Assembly (NCBI GenBank): GCA_965637545.1
Contig: OZ281501.1
Coordinates: 16,616,001 to 16,680,000, forward strand
DNA: 64,000 bases
Reading direction: 5' to 3'
Source: Phallusia mammillata
Taxonomy: Eukaryota
Every line of letters starts with the position of its first letter. Position 1 is the first letter of the stretch. A program made the translations under genes and the position numbers. The notes under the pieces are model-generated. The model was not told where the DNA came from and did no database searches. It saw only the letters and a program-made list of their open reading frames with translations. Positions 12,648 through 27,600 of the stretch are shown here, piece by piece.

Positions 12648-15600
12648 CTATGGGTACAACACAAAATATTTACAGGAGAAATATTCTTTCGATATTAAAA
12701 CCTACAAACAAAACAAAAACCAAGTGTCACAATTTTTCAGTACTCATATTTTAAACACTCCAACTACTTTATGTCATTCAGCAATTCTTGAATCCAAAAC
12801 TTACAGTATTTGCAGCAGTTATCGGTTGAGCTGTTGGTTCTTTCCTTTCCACCCTTAGCAAGGCATTCAGCTAAGTCAAACGGAGGACATGCATATTTTT
12901 CGTAAGCATTTATGTAGGGACAGTTGGATGTTTCGTTTACCGCACATGCGGCCGCACGACAGCGATCATCCAATCTTATGCTTGTGTTGACCTGAACGAG
13001 AATGTGTTTTGATTAAATTTGATTAAAATCGCGTACAAGTTGGTCCTTATAAGAATTGACTTTTGTAATAGGCCTTGATAGCAGAGTTCTGCTCTCTGTT
13101 GAACTAAAAAACTGTTTTTGGTTTATTATCGCGTTTTTTTGAGGTTATTAAGATCGTTTGGTATAGAGATCCCTTTGTCCAAAACTGCAAAACCATCGGG
13201 ACCTTAAAAAACTAGCGTCCATGAAAACGTTCTCGTCTAAACGAAAGATACCATCTGAAATATTTGTATTTAAACGCAAATATCTAATTTGAATTCAAAG
13301 ACTGTTGTTCTCTGTCATAATGAATACCACTTACCGGATATTCGACGTTTTCCATTACACATTTATCGCACTCGCATGTGTATTGCGGGCAGTAACCGGA
13401 GTTGGTTTGAATGCGTTTCTGGCCAAGTTTGCAAGTGAAATTCCATTGTTCGCACGGCGTGCACTCGTAACTTGGACAGCAGGGACCCGTTACATTGTTT
13501 CGTTGTTGTATCTAAAAAAGATATGCGGTTAAAGAATGGATCGGTAACAACTAAGATATACTGTGTGGAAGACATGCAATGGAAATAAACAAGCAAGTTT
13601 ATGCCTTTACAAAGCAAAACAAGTGCCTGTTACTACATACGCAGTTGACGTTTGACTTGATTCGGAAATTGCGAAAACAGTTTGTAAGGATGTTCATTTA
13701 CGATTGGGCTTACCGTTGTTTTTTCATGGCCAACTGGGCAAGAGAAATCATCCCACTGATCGCAAGCAGAACTTAGGGTCGAATCATCTTCACAAACACA
13801 GGAGTATTCGGGGCAGCAGTCCCTGGTGTTCTCTATTGTGCCAGTCCGCACTGACTGCATGTATTTCGGACATGTCTCATTTTCAGTTACGTTGAAGCAG
13901 GAAAGTTCCAATGCCATCTCTTCCTTGCACACACAAGAGTAGCCTTGACAACAGGGGTTGGAGTCAGGTGTTTGTTCAAACTTTATTGCCATCTGATAAG
14001 GCGTGCAGTGAATATGCTCATAAGCTGTCTCCGAATCACACTGCAATCTTGGATCGTTTGTGGTGGTTTCAACGCGACATGTCGTGCTATTCTCCGGGTC
14101 CTCATGTAATGGAGAGCAACTCTTCGTTATCATACAACCGTCACCCGCATCTATTTTCCGAGTTGTCCCAATTGCTACAGGTTTACCGTTGATCATACAC
14201 ACGTCGCATATACAACTGTATTTCGGACAGCAATTGTTTGTGAGTGGATCTGTCTCGGAGGACTCAGATAGAGAATGGTTTGCTGGACACATCGGTTTGG
14301 TACAGTTGTCATGGCTGTCTTGGCATACAATTTTGTATCGAGGACAACATTTCTGACCCGGGTTTTCTTCAATTGTCTGAGGCTCGTACTTTTCATACGG
14401 CATAAGAGGTGTAGGGTAGGGTGTGTACTCTATCGGGCATTGAGAACAGGTGCAGTTGTAGTAAGGACAGCACTGTCCATCAACTGGGGTACGTTGGCGT
14501 TCTTCTCCAAAACCACATTCGATGTTGTAGCCTGAGCAATGCGAATCTAGTTCGGGTTGTCCGTAACACTCGCACGTGAGAGTTTCACAACAGTTGTTGG
14601 TGACTTCATATGTTGAGTTCATTCTTCCCTCCATGTCACATTGTTTTTCAGTGACCCTAGACTTTGGACAATTCTTCATCAACATGGTTTCGTTGTTGCA
14701 CACGCATTTATATTCCGGGCAACACTGTTCTGATGAAGATTCCACAAGCTCAGCGTGTTCGTAACCTTTCAGGCAGTTGCCCTCAAATGTGTCCTTGTCT
14801 ACACACGACAAACTTTCGTTGTATGTTACTGACATGGTGTAACATGAATCGGCTTGCTGTGGCGCAGAGCAAGACCACGTGACTGTACATCCGTTTTCGG
14901 TTCCGTTAAAGTATTCACCAACATTGACACGTGAATTGTCAGGCGCTTCGCAACTGTCGCAGATGCAGTTCCATTTGGTGCAACAATCATCTAATGTTGT
15001 GATATCTTGTGCCAAGTAACCTGGATCGCACTCTGGTTTGTTGTCGTCGCACGTTTTGCAAGTACAGTCGTACACTGGGCAGCAAGGACTGTCAGGATTG
15101 GTACCGGGTTGACTTGTTATTGTCACTTCCCTGTCATCCCTGGTGCATGCATCGTTGGTTGAATTGTATTCGGGACAAAGATTTTTAAGTTGCTTTATGT
15201 CCTCGTTGCATGTGCAGTTGTATGTGGGATAACATCGTTCCTCATTTGCAGGATATTTAGTCTTCATCTCGCCAGGATAATCGCATGTTATTTCCTCATT
15301 TACTCGGGTTGTGTTGCACTCTATGAAATGAAAGTAAAGTAATTTGAAACTTTTCTATTAAACTCACATATATTAGCTCATTCCAAAATGTTTCCATTTC
15401 GTATCAGATGCAAAATCCATGTGAAAAACACACATCGCAGGAGATTATTGACCTCCCTATTTGAGCTATACGTGTAATGGTACTTACCACAATCATAGTC
15501 TGGACAACATTTTTCGTTTTCTATTTTCACAGCATATTCTCCTTCTCGCTTGCAATGGCGTGTCTCGAATTCTTCTTTGGTTGTACAGTTGAACGGTACT

Positions 15601-18600
15601 AAACAAAATCGCAAAGTAAAGTCGTTAGTTGACTGAGTAAACAGAATGCAAGCAATCTGGTTTCAGTTCGTTATTGGCGATTACAAATATGTTAGCACTT
15701 CACAGGTTTAAAAAAATGTTTTAGTTTAACAGTAAAAACAATTTTCTTACCACAATCATATTCCTCGCAGCAAGGTTCAGGGTCTTCGTCGGGACTTGCG
15801 TATACCTTCTTACTCTGGGTAGTGCAACGAGGACAAACCTCCGATTCGCAAACAGGAAACGTTTCAGGTACAAAGCAACCATCTTCACCGCGGGCTGTGT
15901 TCCTGCATGTGTAGTTTCTAAGACATCTGTCATCGCCTCTTGCCTGCCAGGAGCTGTCAACTTCTCGAGTGACGTTGTTGTTATCTTTGCACGACGAACA
16001 CACGCATTTTGATTTCTTGCAGCCGCAAGTATCTGTTTCAGATATCTCTTTGTAGCCATCTGGGCACGAAGATACCTGGAATAAACAATTTTTTCAACTG
16101 TTTTGGTGCCTAAACATCACTTGGTACAGCGTACAATACTAGGGTTTGTTTCTCTATTTCTGTGTTTGCGTACAAATGATTGACACCTGATATTGTAAAA
16201 GTAAAATACTTCTTGTTGGGAGTTGGCTTAGGAATTGTTATATGTGTCCTCCTTGTGTGGACTGATTCTACATGTTTAATGTTTGTTTATTTTAACATTT
16301 TTATCTAATTGGCCACAATGTTTCACGAATATTACAGATATAACTGAAATGTTCATCCAATGTTTTAAACAGGCTTTTTGTACCTGTGATTGACATGATT
16401 TGCATACACAAGCATAGTCAGGACAGCACGGGTTAGATGATGTAGTGTTGAGTTCTACAACTTCACGATTGTCATCAAAACAACTGATAAAGGCATTCTG
16501 ATATGTATGACATCTATTCTGATATTCTGTCGAATCATTGTAACATTCACAACGAGTACAAAGTCTCGAGCCTTCGAAATATTCCACCTGCTTCTGTCCA
16601 GGATAAGAGCAAGTTTCATTGCGGCATGCTGGAAGATAATAAACAAAAAATAATTTAGTAACATCAAGTTTTCATGCAACGGGCCCAGTATTTGCCCGAA
16701 ACAAGTAATTTTGATTGTTTAAAGGAGCTAACATAGAGAGGACTATTTTGGAGATCAGCACTTTAAATATGAGTAGTTATTTGTTTGCATTGTTTGTGTT
16801 ACACGTTCTTTTTTCATTCCAAGCATATGAAGGTATACTTTTGTTGTTTTCAAATGTTCACAACGTGTTTTTAAAGGAAACATTCAACGGCAAGTGCTGC
16901 AATTAAAATAGGATACGTTTTGTTACCCTCTCTTGGTCTTTATTGTATGTCAAAAACATCTGTACTTGAAAATAAATAAAGCTAAAGCAAACCCAAAAGT
17001 TTAGTTATTTTATAATTTTCCGGAAGTGTACTTACCGCAGTCGTATTTTTTGCAACAAGATGAAGTGTCTGTCTCTACTGTCTCACGGTTGTTCGGCTTA
17101 CAATTGTGAAAGTCGAACTCATCTTTGCTCTCACAGGTCAAACTCTCGTTTTTGTAAACCGTCAGCTCGTAACATGACTCTCCTGCTTTTTTGTTGTCTG
17201 AACACATGTATTGTATCAAGCATCCATTGTCATCGGTCATATTCACTGAAGAGCCACGGGATATGAGGGTACCGTTGCCTATGTCACAAGAATTGCAAGT
17301 GCAGTTTGACCAATTGGAACAACAGTCTTCATCGGTTTTCAGATCCTCTGTAATGTAACCAGTCTTACAGCTTGGTGGCGATGAGTTCTCACATGTTTTG
17401 CAAAAGCAGTTGTATTTCGGACAACATGGGGAGCTTGGGTCGCTTCCTGCTGGCTCCGATTCCACTGCTTTCTTGTCAGACGTACAATTTGCTTCTTCAA
17501 ACTGTGTGGCTGTTTGGCAATCCATCCGAGGGTCGTAGGTTGTTACTGGTGTGCGGCATGTGGTCGTATTATCCGGGTTCTCATGTTGAGCGGAACAACT
17601 CTTCGTTATCATACAACCTTCGCCCACGTCCTCATTCCAAGTTTCATTGATCGCTACAGGGTTACCGTCGATCATACACACGTCGCACACACAGCTGTAT
17701 ATCGGACAGCAGTTGTTGGTGAGTGGGTCAGTCTCGGTGGAAACAGATACAGAGTGGTTTTTCGGGCATTCCGGTTCGGAACAGTTGTCATGGCTTTCTT
17801 GGCATACAATTTTATACCGAGGACAACATTTCTGAGCCGGATTTTCTTGTATCGTCAGAGGCTCGTACTTTTCATACGGCTTGAGAGGTGTAGGGTAGGG
17901 TATGTACTCTATCGGGCATTGAGAGCAGGTGCAGTTGTAGTAAGGACAGCACTGTCCATCAACTGGGGTACGTTGGCGTTCTTCTCCAAAACCACATTCG
18001 ATGTTGTAGCCTGAGCAATGCGAATCTAGTTCCGGTTGTCCGTAACACTCGCACGTGAGAGTTTCACAACAGTTGTTGGTGACTTCATACGTTGAGTTCA
18101 TTCTTCCCTCCATGTTACAATCTTCTTCAGTGACACTAGACTCTGGACAATTCTTCATCAACATGGTTTCGTTGTTGCACACGCATTTATATTCTGGGCA
18201 ACACTGTTCTGATGAAGATTCCACAAGCTCAGCGTGTTCGTAACCTTTCAGGCAGTTGCCCTCAAATGTGTCCTTCTCTATACACGACAAACTTTCGTTG
18301 TATGTTGCTGACATGGTGTAACATAAATCGGCTTGCTGTGGCGTAGAGCAAGACCACGTGACTTTACATCCGTTTTCGGTTCCGTTAAAGTCTTCACCAA
18401 CATTGACACGTGAATTGTCAGGCGCTTCGCAACTGTCGCAGATGCAGTTCCATTTGGTGCAACAATCATCTAATGTTGTGATATCTTGTGCCAAGTAACC
18501 TGGATCGCACTCTGGTTTGTTGTCGTCGCACGTTTTGCAAGTACAGTCGTACACTGGGCAGCAAGGACTGTCAGGATTGGTACCGGGTTGACTTGTTATT

Positions 18601-21600
18601 GTCACTTCCCTGTCATCCCTGGTGCATGCATCGTTGGTTGAATTGTATCCGGGACAAAGATTTTTAAGTTGCTTTATGTCCTCGTTGCATGTGCAGTTGT
18701 ATGTGGGATAACATCGTTCCTCATTTGCAGGATATTTAGTCTTCATCTCGCCAGGATAATCGCATGTTATTTCCTCATTTACTCGGGTTGTGTTGCACTC
18801 TATGAAATGAAAGTAAAGTAATTTGAAACTTTTCTATTAAACTCACATATTTTAGCTCATTCCAAAATGTTTCCATTTTGTATCAGATGCAAAATCCATG
18901 TCAAAAACACACATCGCAGGAGATTATTGACCTCCCTATTTGAGCTATACGTGTAATGGTACTTACCACAATCATAGTCTGGACAACATTTTTCGTTTTC
19001 TATTTTCACAGCATATTCTCCTTCTCGCTTGCAATGGCGTGTCTCGAATTCTTCTTTGGTTGTACAGTTGAACGGTACTAAACAAAATCGCAAAGTAAAG
19101 TCGTTAGTTGACTGAGTAAACAGAATGCAAGCAATCTGGTTTCAGTTCGTTATTGGCGATTACAAATATGTTAGCACATCACAGGTTTAAAAAATGTTTT
19201 AGTTTAACAGTAAAAACAATTTTCTTACCACAATCATATTCCTCGCAGCAAGGTTCAGGGTCTTCGTCGGGATTTGCGTATACCTTCTTACTCTGGGTAG
19301 TGCAACGAGGGCAAACCTCCGATTCGCAAACAGGAAACGTTTCAGGTACAAAGCAACCATCTTCACCGCGGGCTGTGTTCCTGCATGTGTAGTTTCTAAG
19401 ACATCTGTCATCGCCTCTTGCCTGCCAGGAGCTGTCAACTTCTCGAGTGACGTTGTTGTTATCTTTGCACGACGAACACACGCACTTTGATTTCTTGCAG
19501 CCGCAAGTATCTGTTTCAGATATCTCTTTGTAGCCATCTGGGCACGAAGATACCTGGAATAAACAAATTTTTCAACTGTTTTGGTGCCTAAACATCACTT
19601 GGTACAGCGTACAATACTAGGGTTTGTTTCTCTATTTCTGTGTTTGCGTACAAATGATTGGTACCTGATATTGTAAAAGTAAAATACTTCTTGTTGGGAG
19701 TTGGCTTAGGAATTGTTATATGTGTCCTCCTTGTATGGACTGATTCTACATGTTTAATGTTTGTTTATTTTAACATTTTTATCTAATTGGCCACAATGTT
19801 TCACGAATATTACAGATATAACTGAAATGTTTATCCAATGTTTTAAACAAGCTTTTTGTACCTGTGATTGACATGATTTGCATACACAAGCATAGTCGGG
19901 ACAGCACGGGTTAGATGATGTAGTGTTGAGTTCTACCACTTCACGATTGTCATCAAAACAACTGATAAAGGCATTCAGATATGTATGACATCTATTCTGA
20001 TATTCTGTCGAATCATTGTAACATTCACAACGAGTACAAAGTCTCGAGCCTTCGAAATATTCCACCTGCTTCTGTCCAGGATAAGAGCAAGTTTCATTGC
20101 GGCATGCTGGAAGATAATAAACAAAAAATAATTTAGTAACATCAAGTTTTCATGCAACGGGGTCAGTGTTTTCCTGAAACAAGTAATTTTGATTGTTTAA
20201 AGGAGCTAACATAGAAAGGACTATTTTGGAGATCAGCATCTTTAAATATGAGTAGTTATTTGTTTGCATTGTTTGTGTTACAGGTTTTTGCTTCATTTCC
20301 AGCATATGAAGGTATACTTTTATTGTTTTCAAATGTTCACAACGTGTTTATAAAGGAAACATTCAACGGCAAGTGCTGCAATCAAAATAGGATACGTTTT
20401 GTTACCCTCTCTTGGTCTTTATTGTATGTCAAAAACATCTGTACTTGAAAATAAATAAAGCTAAAGCAAACCCAAAAGTTTAGTTATTTTATAATTTTCC
20501 GGAAGTGTACTTACCGCAGTCGTATATTTTGCAACAAGATGAAGTGTCTGTCTCTACTGTCTCACGGTTGTTCGGCTTACAATTGTGAAAGTCGAACTCA
20601 TCTTTGCTCTCACAGGTCAAACTCTCGTTTTTGTAAACCGTCAGCTCGTAACATGACTCTCCTGCTTTTTTGTTGTCTGAACACATGTATTGTATCAAGC
20701 ATCCATTGTCATCGGTCATATTCACTGAAGAGCCACGGGATATGAGGGTACCGTTGCCTATGTCACAAGAATTGCAAGTGCAGTTTGACCAATTGGAACA
20801 ACAATCTTCATCAGTTTTCAGATCCTCTGTAATGTAACCAGTCTTACAGCTTGGTGGCGATGAGTTCTCACATGTTTTGCAAAAGCAGTTGTATTTCGGA
20901 CAACATGGGGAGCTTGGGTCGCTTCCTGCTGGCTCCGATTCCACTGCTTTCTTGTCAGACGTACAATTTGCTTCTTCAAACTGTGTGGCTGTTTGGCAAT
21001 CCATCCGAGGGTCGTAGGTTGTTACTGGTGTGCGGCATGTGGTCGTATTATCCGGGTTCTCATGTTGAGCGGAACAACTCTTCGTTATCATACAACCTTC
21101 GCCCACGTCCTCATTCCAAGTTTCATTGATCGCTACAGGGTTACCGTCGATCATACACACGTCGCACACACAGCTGTATATCGGACAGCAGTTGTTGGTG
21201 AGTGGGTCAGTCTCGGTGGAAACAGATACAGAGTGGTTTTTCGGGCATTCCGGTTCGGAACAGTTGTCATGGCTTTCTTGGCATACAATTTTATACCGAG
21301 GACAACATTTCTGAGCCGGATTTTCTTCTATCGTCAGAGGCTCGTACTTTTCATACGGCTTGAGAGGTGTAGGGTAGGGTATGTACTCTATCGGGCATTG
21401 AGAGCAGGTGCAGTTGTAGTAAGGACAGCACTGTCCATCAACTGGGGTACGTTGGCGTTCTTCTCCAAAACCACATTCGATGTTGTAGCCTGAGCAATGC
21501 GAATCTAGTTCCGGTTGTCCGTAACACTCGCACGTGAGAGTTTCACAACAGTTGTTGGTGACTTCATACGTTGAGTTCATTCTTCCCTCAATGTTACAAT

Positions 21601-24600
21601 CTTCTTCAGTGACACTAGACTCTGGACAATTCTTCATCAACATGGTTTCGTTGTTGCACACGCATTTATATTCTGGGCAACACTGTTCTGATGAAGATTC
21701 CACAAGCTCAGCGTGTTCGTAACCTTTCAGGCAGTTGCCCTCAAATGTGTCCTTCTCTATACACGACAAACTTTCGTTGTATGTTACTGACATGGTGTAA
21801 CATGAATCGGCTTGCTGTGGCGCAGAGCAAGACCACGTGACTTTACATCCGTTTTCGGTTCCGTTAAAGTCTTCACCAACATTGACACGTGAATTGTCAG
21901 GCGCTTCGCAACTGTCGCAGATGCAGTTCCATTTGGTGCAACAATCATCTAATGTTGTGATATCTTGTGCCAAGTAACCTGGATCGCACTCTGGTTTGTT
22001 GTCGTCGCACGTTTTGCAAGTACAGTCGTACACTGGGCAGCAAGGACTGTCAGGATTGGTACCGGGTTGACTTGTTATTGTCACTTCCCTGTCATCCCTG
22101 GTGCATGCATCGTTGGTTGAATTGTATCCGGGACAAAGATTTTTAAGTTGCTTTATGTCCTCGTTGCATGTGCAGTTGTATGTGGGATAACATCGTTCCT
22201 CATTTGCAGGATATTTAGTCTTCATCTCGCCAGGATAATCGCATGTTATTTCCTCATTTACTCGGGTTGTGTTGCACTCTATGAAATGAAAGTAAAGTAA
22301 TTTGAAACTTTTCCATTAAACTCACATATATTAGCTCATTCCAAAATGTTTCCATTTCGTATCAGATGCAAAATCCATGTCAAAAACACACATCGCAGGA
22401 GATTATTGACCTCCCTATTTGAGCTATACGTGTAATGGTACTTACCACAATCATAGTCTGGACAACATTTTTCGTTTTCTATTTTCACAGCATATTCTCC
22501 TTCTCGCTTGCAATGGCGTGTCTCGAATTCTTCTTTGGTTGTACAGTTGAACGGTACTAAACAAAATCGCAAAGTAAAGTCGTTAGTTGACTGAGTAAAC
22601 AGAATGCAAGCAATCTGGTTTCAGTTCGTTATTGGCGATTACAAATATGTTAGCACTTCACAGGTTTAAAAAAATGTTTTAGTTTAACAGTAAAAACAAT
22701 TTTCTTACCACAATCATATTCCTCGCAGCAAGGTTCAGGGTCTTCGTCGGGACTTGCGTATACCTTCTTACTCTGGGTAGTGCAACGAGGACAAACCTCC
22801 GATTCGCAAACAGGAAACGTTTCAGGTACAAAGCAACCATCTTCACCGCGGGCTGTGTTCCTGCATGTGTAGTTTCTAAGACATCTGTCATCGCCTCTTG
22901 CCTGCCAGGAGCTGTCAACTTCTCGAGTGACGTTGTTGTTATCTTTGCACGACGAACACACGCATTTTGATTTCTTGCAGCCGCAAGTATCTGTTTCAGA
23001 TATCTCTTTGTAGCCATCTGGGCACGAAGATACCTGGAATAAACAATTTTTTCAACTGTTTTGGTGCCTAAACATCACTTGGTACAGCGTACAATACTAG
23101 GGTTTGTTTCTCTATTTCTGTGTTTGCGTACAAATGATTGACACCTGATATTGTAAAAGTAAAATACTTCTTGTTGGGAGTTGGCTTAGGAATTGTTATA
23201 TGTGTCCTCCTTGTGTGGACTGATTCTACATGTTTAATGTTTGTTTATTTTAACATTTTTATCTAATTGGCCACAATGTTTCACGAATATTACAGATATA
23301 ACTGAAATGTTCATCCAATGTTTTAAACAAGCTTTTTGTACCTGTGATTGACATGATTTGCATACACAAGCATAGTCAGGACAGCACGGGTTAGATGATG
23401 TAGTGTTGAGTTCTACAACTTCACGATTGTCATCAAAACAACTGATAAAGGCATTCTGATATGTATGACATCTATTCTGATATTCTGTCGAATCATTGTA
23501 ACATTCACAACGAGTACAAAGTCTCGAGCCTTCGAAATATTCCACCTGCTTCTGTCCAGGATAAGAGCAAGTTTCATTGCGGCATGCTGGAAGATAATAA
23601 ACAAAAAATAATTTAGTAACATCAAGTTTTCATGCAACGGGCCCAGTATTTGCCCGAAACAAGTAATTTTGATTGTTTAAAGGAGCTAACATAGAGAGGA
23701 CTATTTTGGAGATCAGCACTTTAAATATGAGTAGTTATTTGTTTGCATTGTTTGTGTTACACGTTCTTTTTTCATTCCAAGCATATGAAGGTATACTTTT
23801 GTTGTTTTCAAATGTTCACAACGTGTTTTTAAAGGAAACATTCAACGGCAAGTGCTGCAATTAAAATAGGATACGTTTTGTTACCCTCTCTTGGTCTTTA
23901 TTGTATGTCAAAAACATCTGTACTTGAAAATAAATAAAGCTAAAGCAAACCCAAAAGTTTAGTTATTTTATAATTTTCCGGAAGTCTACTTACCGCAGTC
24001 GTATTTTTTGCAACAAGATGAAGTGTCTGTCTCTACTGTCTCACGGTTGTTCGGCTTACAATTGTGAAAGTCGAACTCATCTTTGCTCTCACAGGTCAAA
24101 CTCTCGTTTTTGTAAACCGTCAGCTCGTAACATGACTCTCCTGCTTTTTTGTTGTCTGAACACATGTATTGTATCAAGCATCCATTGTCATCGGTCATAT
24201 TCACTGAAGAGCCACGGGATATGAGGGTACCGTTGCCTATGTCACAAGAATTGCAAGTGCAGTTTGACCAATTGGAACAACAGTCTTCATCGGTTTTCAG
24301 ATCCTCTGTAATGTAACCAGTCTTACAGCTTGGTGGCGATGAGTTCTCACATGTTTTGCAAAAGCAGTTGTATTTCGGACAACATGGGGAGCTTGGGTCG
24401 CTTCCTGCTGGCTCCGATTCCACTGCTTTCTTGTCAGACGTACAATTTGCTTCTTCAAACTGTGTGGCTGTTTGGCAATCCATCCGAGGGTCGTAGGTTG
24501 TTACTGGTGTGCGGCATGTGGTCGTATTATCCGGGTTCTCATGTTGAGCGGAACAACTCTTCGTTATCATACAACCTTCGCCCACGTCCTCATTCCAAGT

Positions 24601-27600
24601 TTCATTGATCGCTACAGGGTTACCGTCGATCATACACACGTCGCACACACAGCTGTATATCGGACAGCAGTTGTTGGTGAGTGGGTCAGTCTCGGTGGAA
24701 ACAGATACAGAGTGGTTTTTCGGGCATTCCGGTTCGGAACAGTTGTCATGGCTTTCTTGGCATACAATTTTATACCGAGGACAACATTTCTGAGCCGGAT
24801 TTTCTTCTATCGTCAGAGGCTCGTACTTTTCATACGGCTTGAGAGGTGTAGGGTAGGGTATGTACTCTATCGGGCATTGAGAGCAGGTGCAGTTGTAGTA
24901 AGGACAGCACTGTCCATCAACTGGGGTACGTTGGCGTTCTTCTCCAAAACCACATTCGATGTTGTAGCCTGAGCAATGCGAATCTAGTTCCGGTTGTCCG
25001 TAACACTCGCACGTGAGAGTTTCACAACAGTTGTTGGTGACTTCATACGTTGAGTTCATTCTTCCCTCAATGTTACAATCTTCTTCAGTGACACTAGACT
25101 CTGGACAATTCTTCATCAACATGGTTTCGTTGTTGCACACGCATTTATATTCTGGGCAACACTGTTCTGATGAAGATTCCACAAGCTCAGCGTGTTCGTA
25201 ACCTTTCAGGCAGTTGCCCTCAAATGTGTCCTTCTCTATACACGACAAACTTTCGTTGTATGTTACTGACATGGTGTAACATGAATCGGCTTGCTGTGGC
25301 GCAGAGCAAGACCACGTGACTTTACATCCGTTTTCGGTTCCGTTAAAGTCTTCACCAACATTGACACGTGAATTGTCAGGCGCTTCGCAACTGTCGCAGA
25401 TGCAGTTCCATTTGGTGCAACAATCATCTAATGTTGTGATATCTTGTGCCAAGTAACCTGGATCGCACTCTGGTTTGTTGTCGTCGCACGTTTTGCAAGT
25501 ACAGTCGTACACTGGGCAGCAAGGACTGTCAGGATTGGTACCGGGTTGACTTGTTATTGTCACTTCCCTGTCATCCCTGGTGCATGCATCGTTGGTTGAA
25601 TTGTATCCGGGACAAAGATTTTTAAGTTGCTTTATGTCCTCGTTGCATGTGCAGTTGTATGTGGGATAACATCGTTCCTCATTTGCAGGATATTTAGTCT
25701 TCATCTCGCCAGGATAATCGCATGTTATTTCCTCATTTACTCGGGTTGTGTTGCACTCTATGAAATGAAAGTAAAGTAATTTGAAACTTTTCTATTAAAC
25801 TCACATATATTAGCTCATTCCAAAATGTTTCCATTTCGTATCAGATGCAAAATCCATGTCAAAAACACACATCGCAGGAGATTATTGACCTCCCTATTTG
25901 AGCTATACGTGTAATGGTACTTACCACAATCATAGTCTGGACAACATTTTTCGTTTTCTATTTTCACAGCATATTCTCCTTCTCGCTTGCAATGGCGTGT
26001 CTCGAATTCTTCTTTGGTTGTACAGTTGAACGGTACTAAACAAAATCGCAAAGTAAAGTCGTTAGTTGACTGAGTAAACAGAATGCAAGCAATCTGGTTT
26101 CAGTTCGTTATTGGCGATTACAAATATGTTAGCACTTCACAGGTTTAAAAAAATGTTTTAGTTTAACAGTAAAAACAATTTTCTTACCACAATCATATTC
26201 CTCGCAGCAAGGTTCAGGGTCTTCGTCGGGACTTGCGTATACCTTCTTACTCTGGGTAGTGCAACGAGGACAAACCTCCGATTCGCAAACAGGAAACGTT
26301 TCAGGTACAAAGCAACCATCTTCACCGCGGGCTGTGTTCCTGCATGTGTAGTTTCTAAGACATCTGTCATCGCCTCTTGCCTGCCAGGAGCTGTCAACTT
26401 CTCGAGTGACGTTGTTGTTATCTTTGCACGACGAACACACGCATTTTGATTTCTTGCAGCCGCAAGTATCTGTTTCAGATATCTCTTTGTAGCCATCTGG
26501 GCACGAAGATACCTGGAATAAACAATTTTTTCAACTGTTTTGGTGCCTAAACATCACTTGGTACAGCGTACAATACTAGGGTTTGTTTCTCTATTTCTGT
26601 GTTTGCGTACAAATGATTGACACCTGATATTGTAAAAGTAAAATACTTCTTGTTGGGAGTTGGCTTAGGAATTGTTATATGTGTCCTCCTTGTGTGGACT
26701 GATTCTACATGTTTAATGTTTGTTTATTTTAACATTTTTATCTAATTGGCCACAATGTTTCACGAATATTACAGATATAACTGAAATGTTCATCCAATGT
26801 TTTAAACAAGCTTTTTGTACCTGTGATTGACATGATTTGCATACACAAGCATAGTCAGGACAGCACGGGTTAGATGATGTAGTGTTGAGTTCTACAACTT
26901 CACGATTGTCATCAAAACAACTGATAAAGGCATTCTGATATGTATGACATCTATTCTGATATTCTGTCGAATCATTGTAACATTCACAACGAGTACAAAG
27001 TCTCGAGCCTTCGAAATATTCCACCTGCTTCTGTCCAGGATAAGAGCAAGTTTCATTGCGGCATGCTGGAAGATAATAAACAAAAAATAATTTAGTAACA
27101 TCAAGTTTTCATGCAACGGGCCCAGTATTTGCCCGAAACAAGTAATTTTGATTGTTTAAAGGAGCTAACATAGAGAGGACTATTTTGGAGATCAGCACTT
27201 TAAATATGAGTAGTTATTTGTTTGCATTGTTTGTGTTACACGTTCTTTTTTCATTCTAAGCATATGAAGGTATACTTTTGTTGTTTTCAAATGTTCACAA
27301 CGTGTTTTTAAAGGAAACATTCAACGGCAAGTGCTGCAATTAAAATAGGATACGTTTTGTTACCCTCTCTTGGTCTTTATTGTATGTCAAAAACATCTGT
27401 ACTTGAAAATAAATAAAGCTAAAGCAAACCCAAAAGTTTAGTTATTTTATAATTTTCCGGAAGTCTACTTACCGCAGTCGTATTTTTTGCAACAAGATGA
27501 AGTGTCTGTCTCTACTGTCTCACGGTTGTTCGGCTTACAATTGTGAAAGTCGAACTCATCTTTGCTCTCACAGGTCAAACTCTCGTTTTTGTAAACCGTC

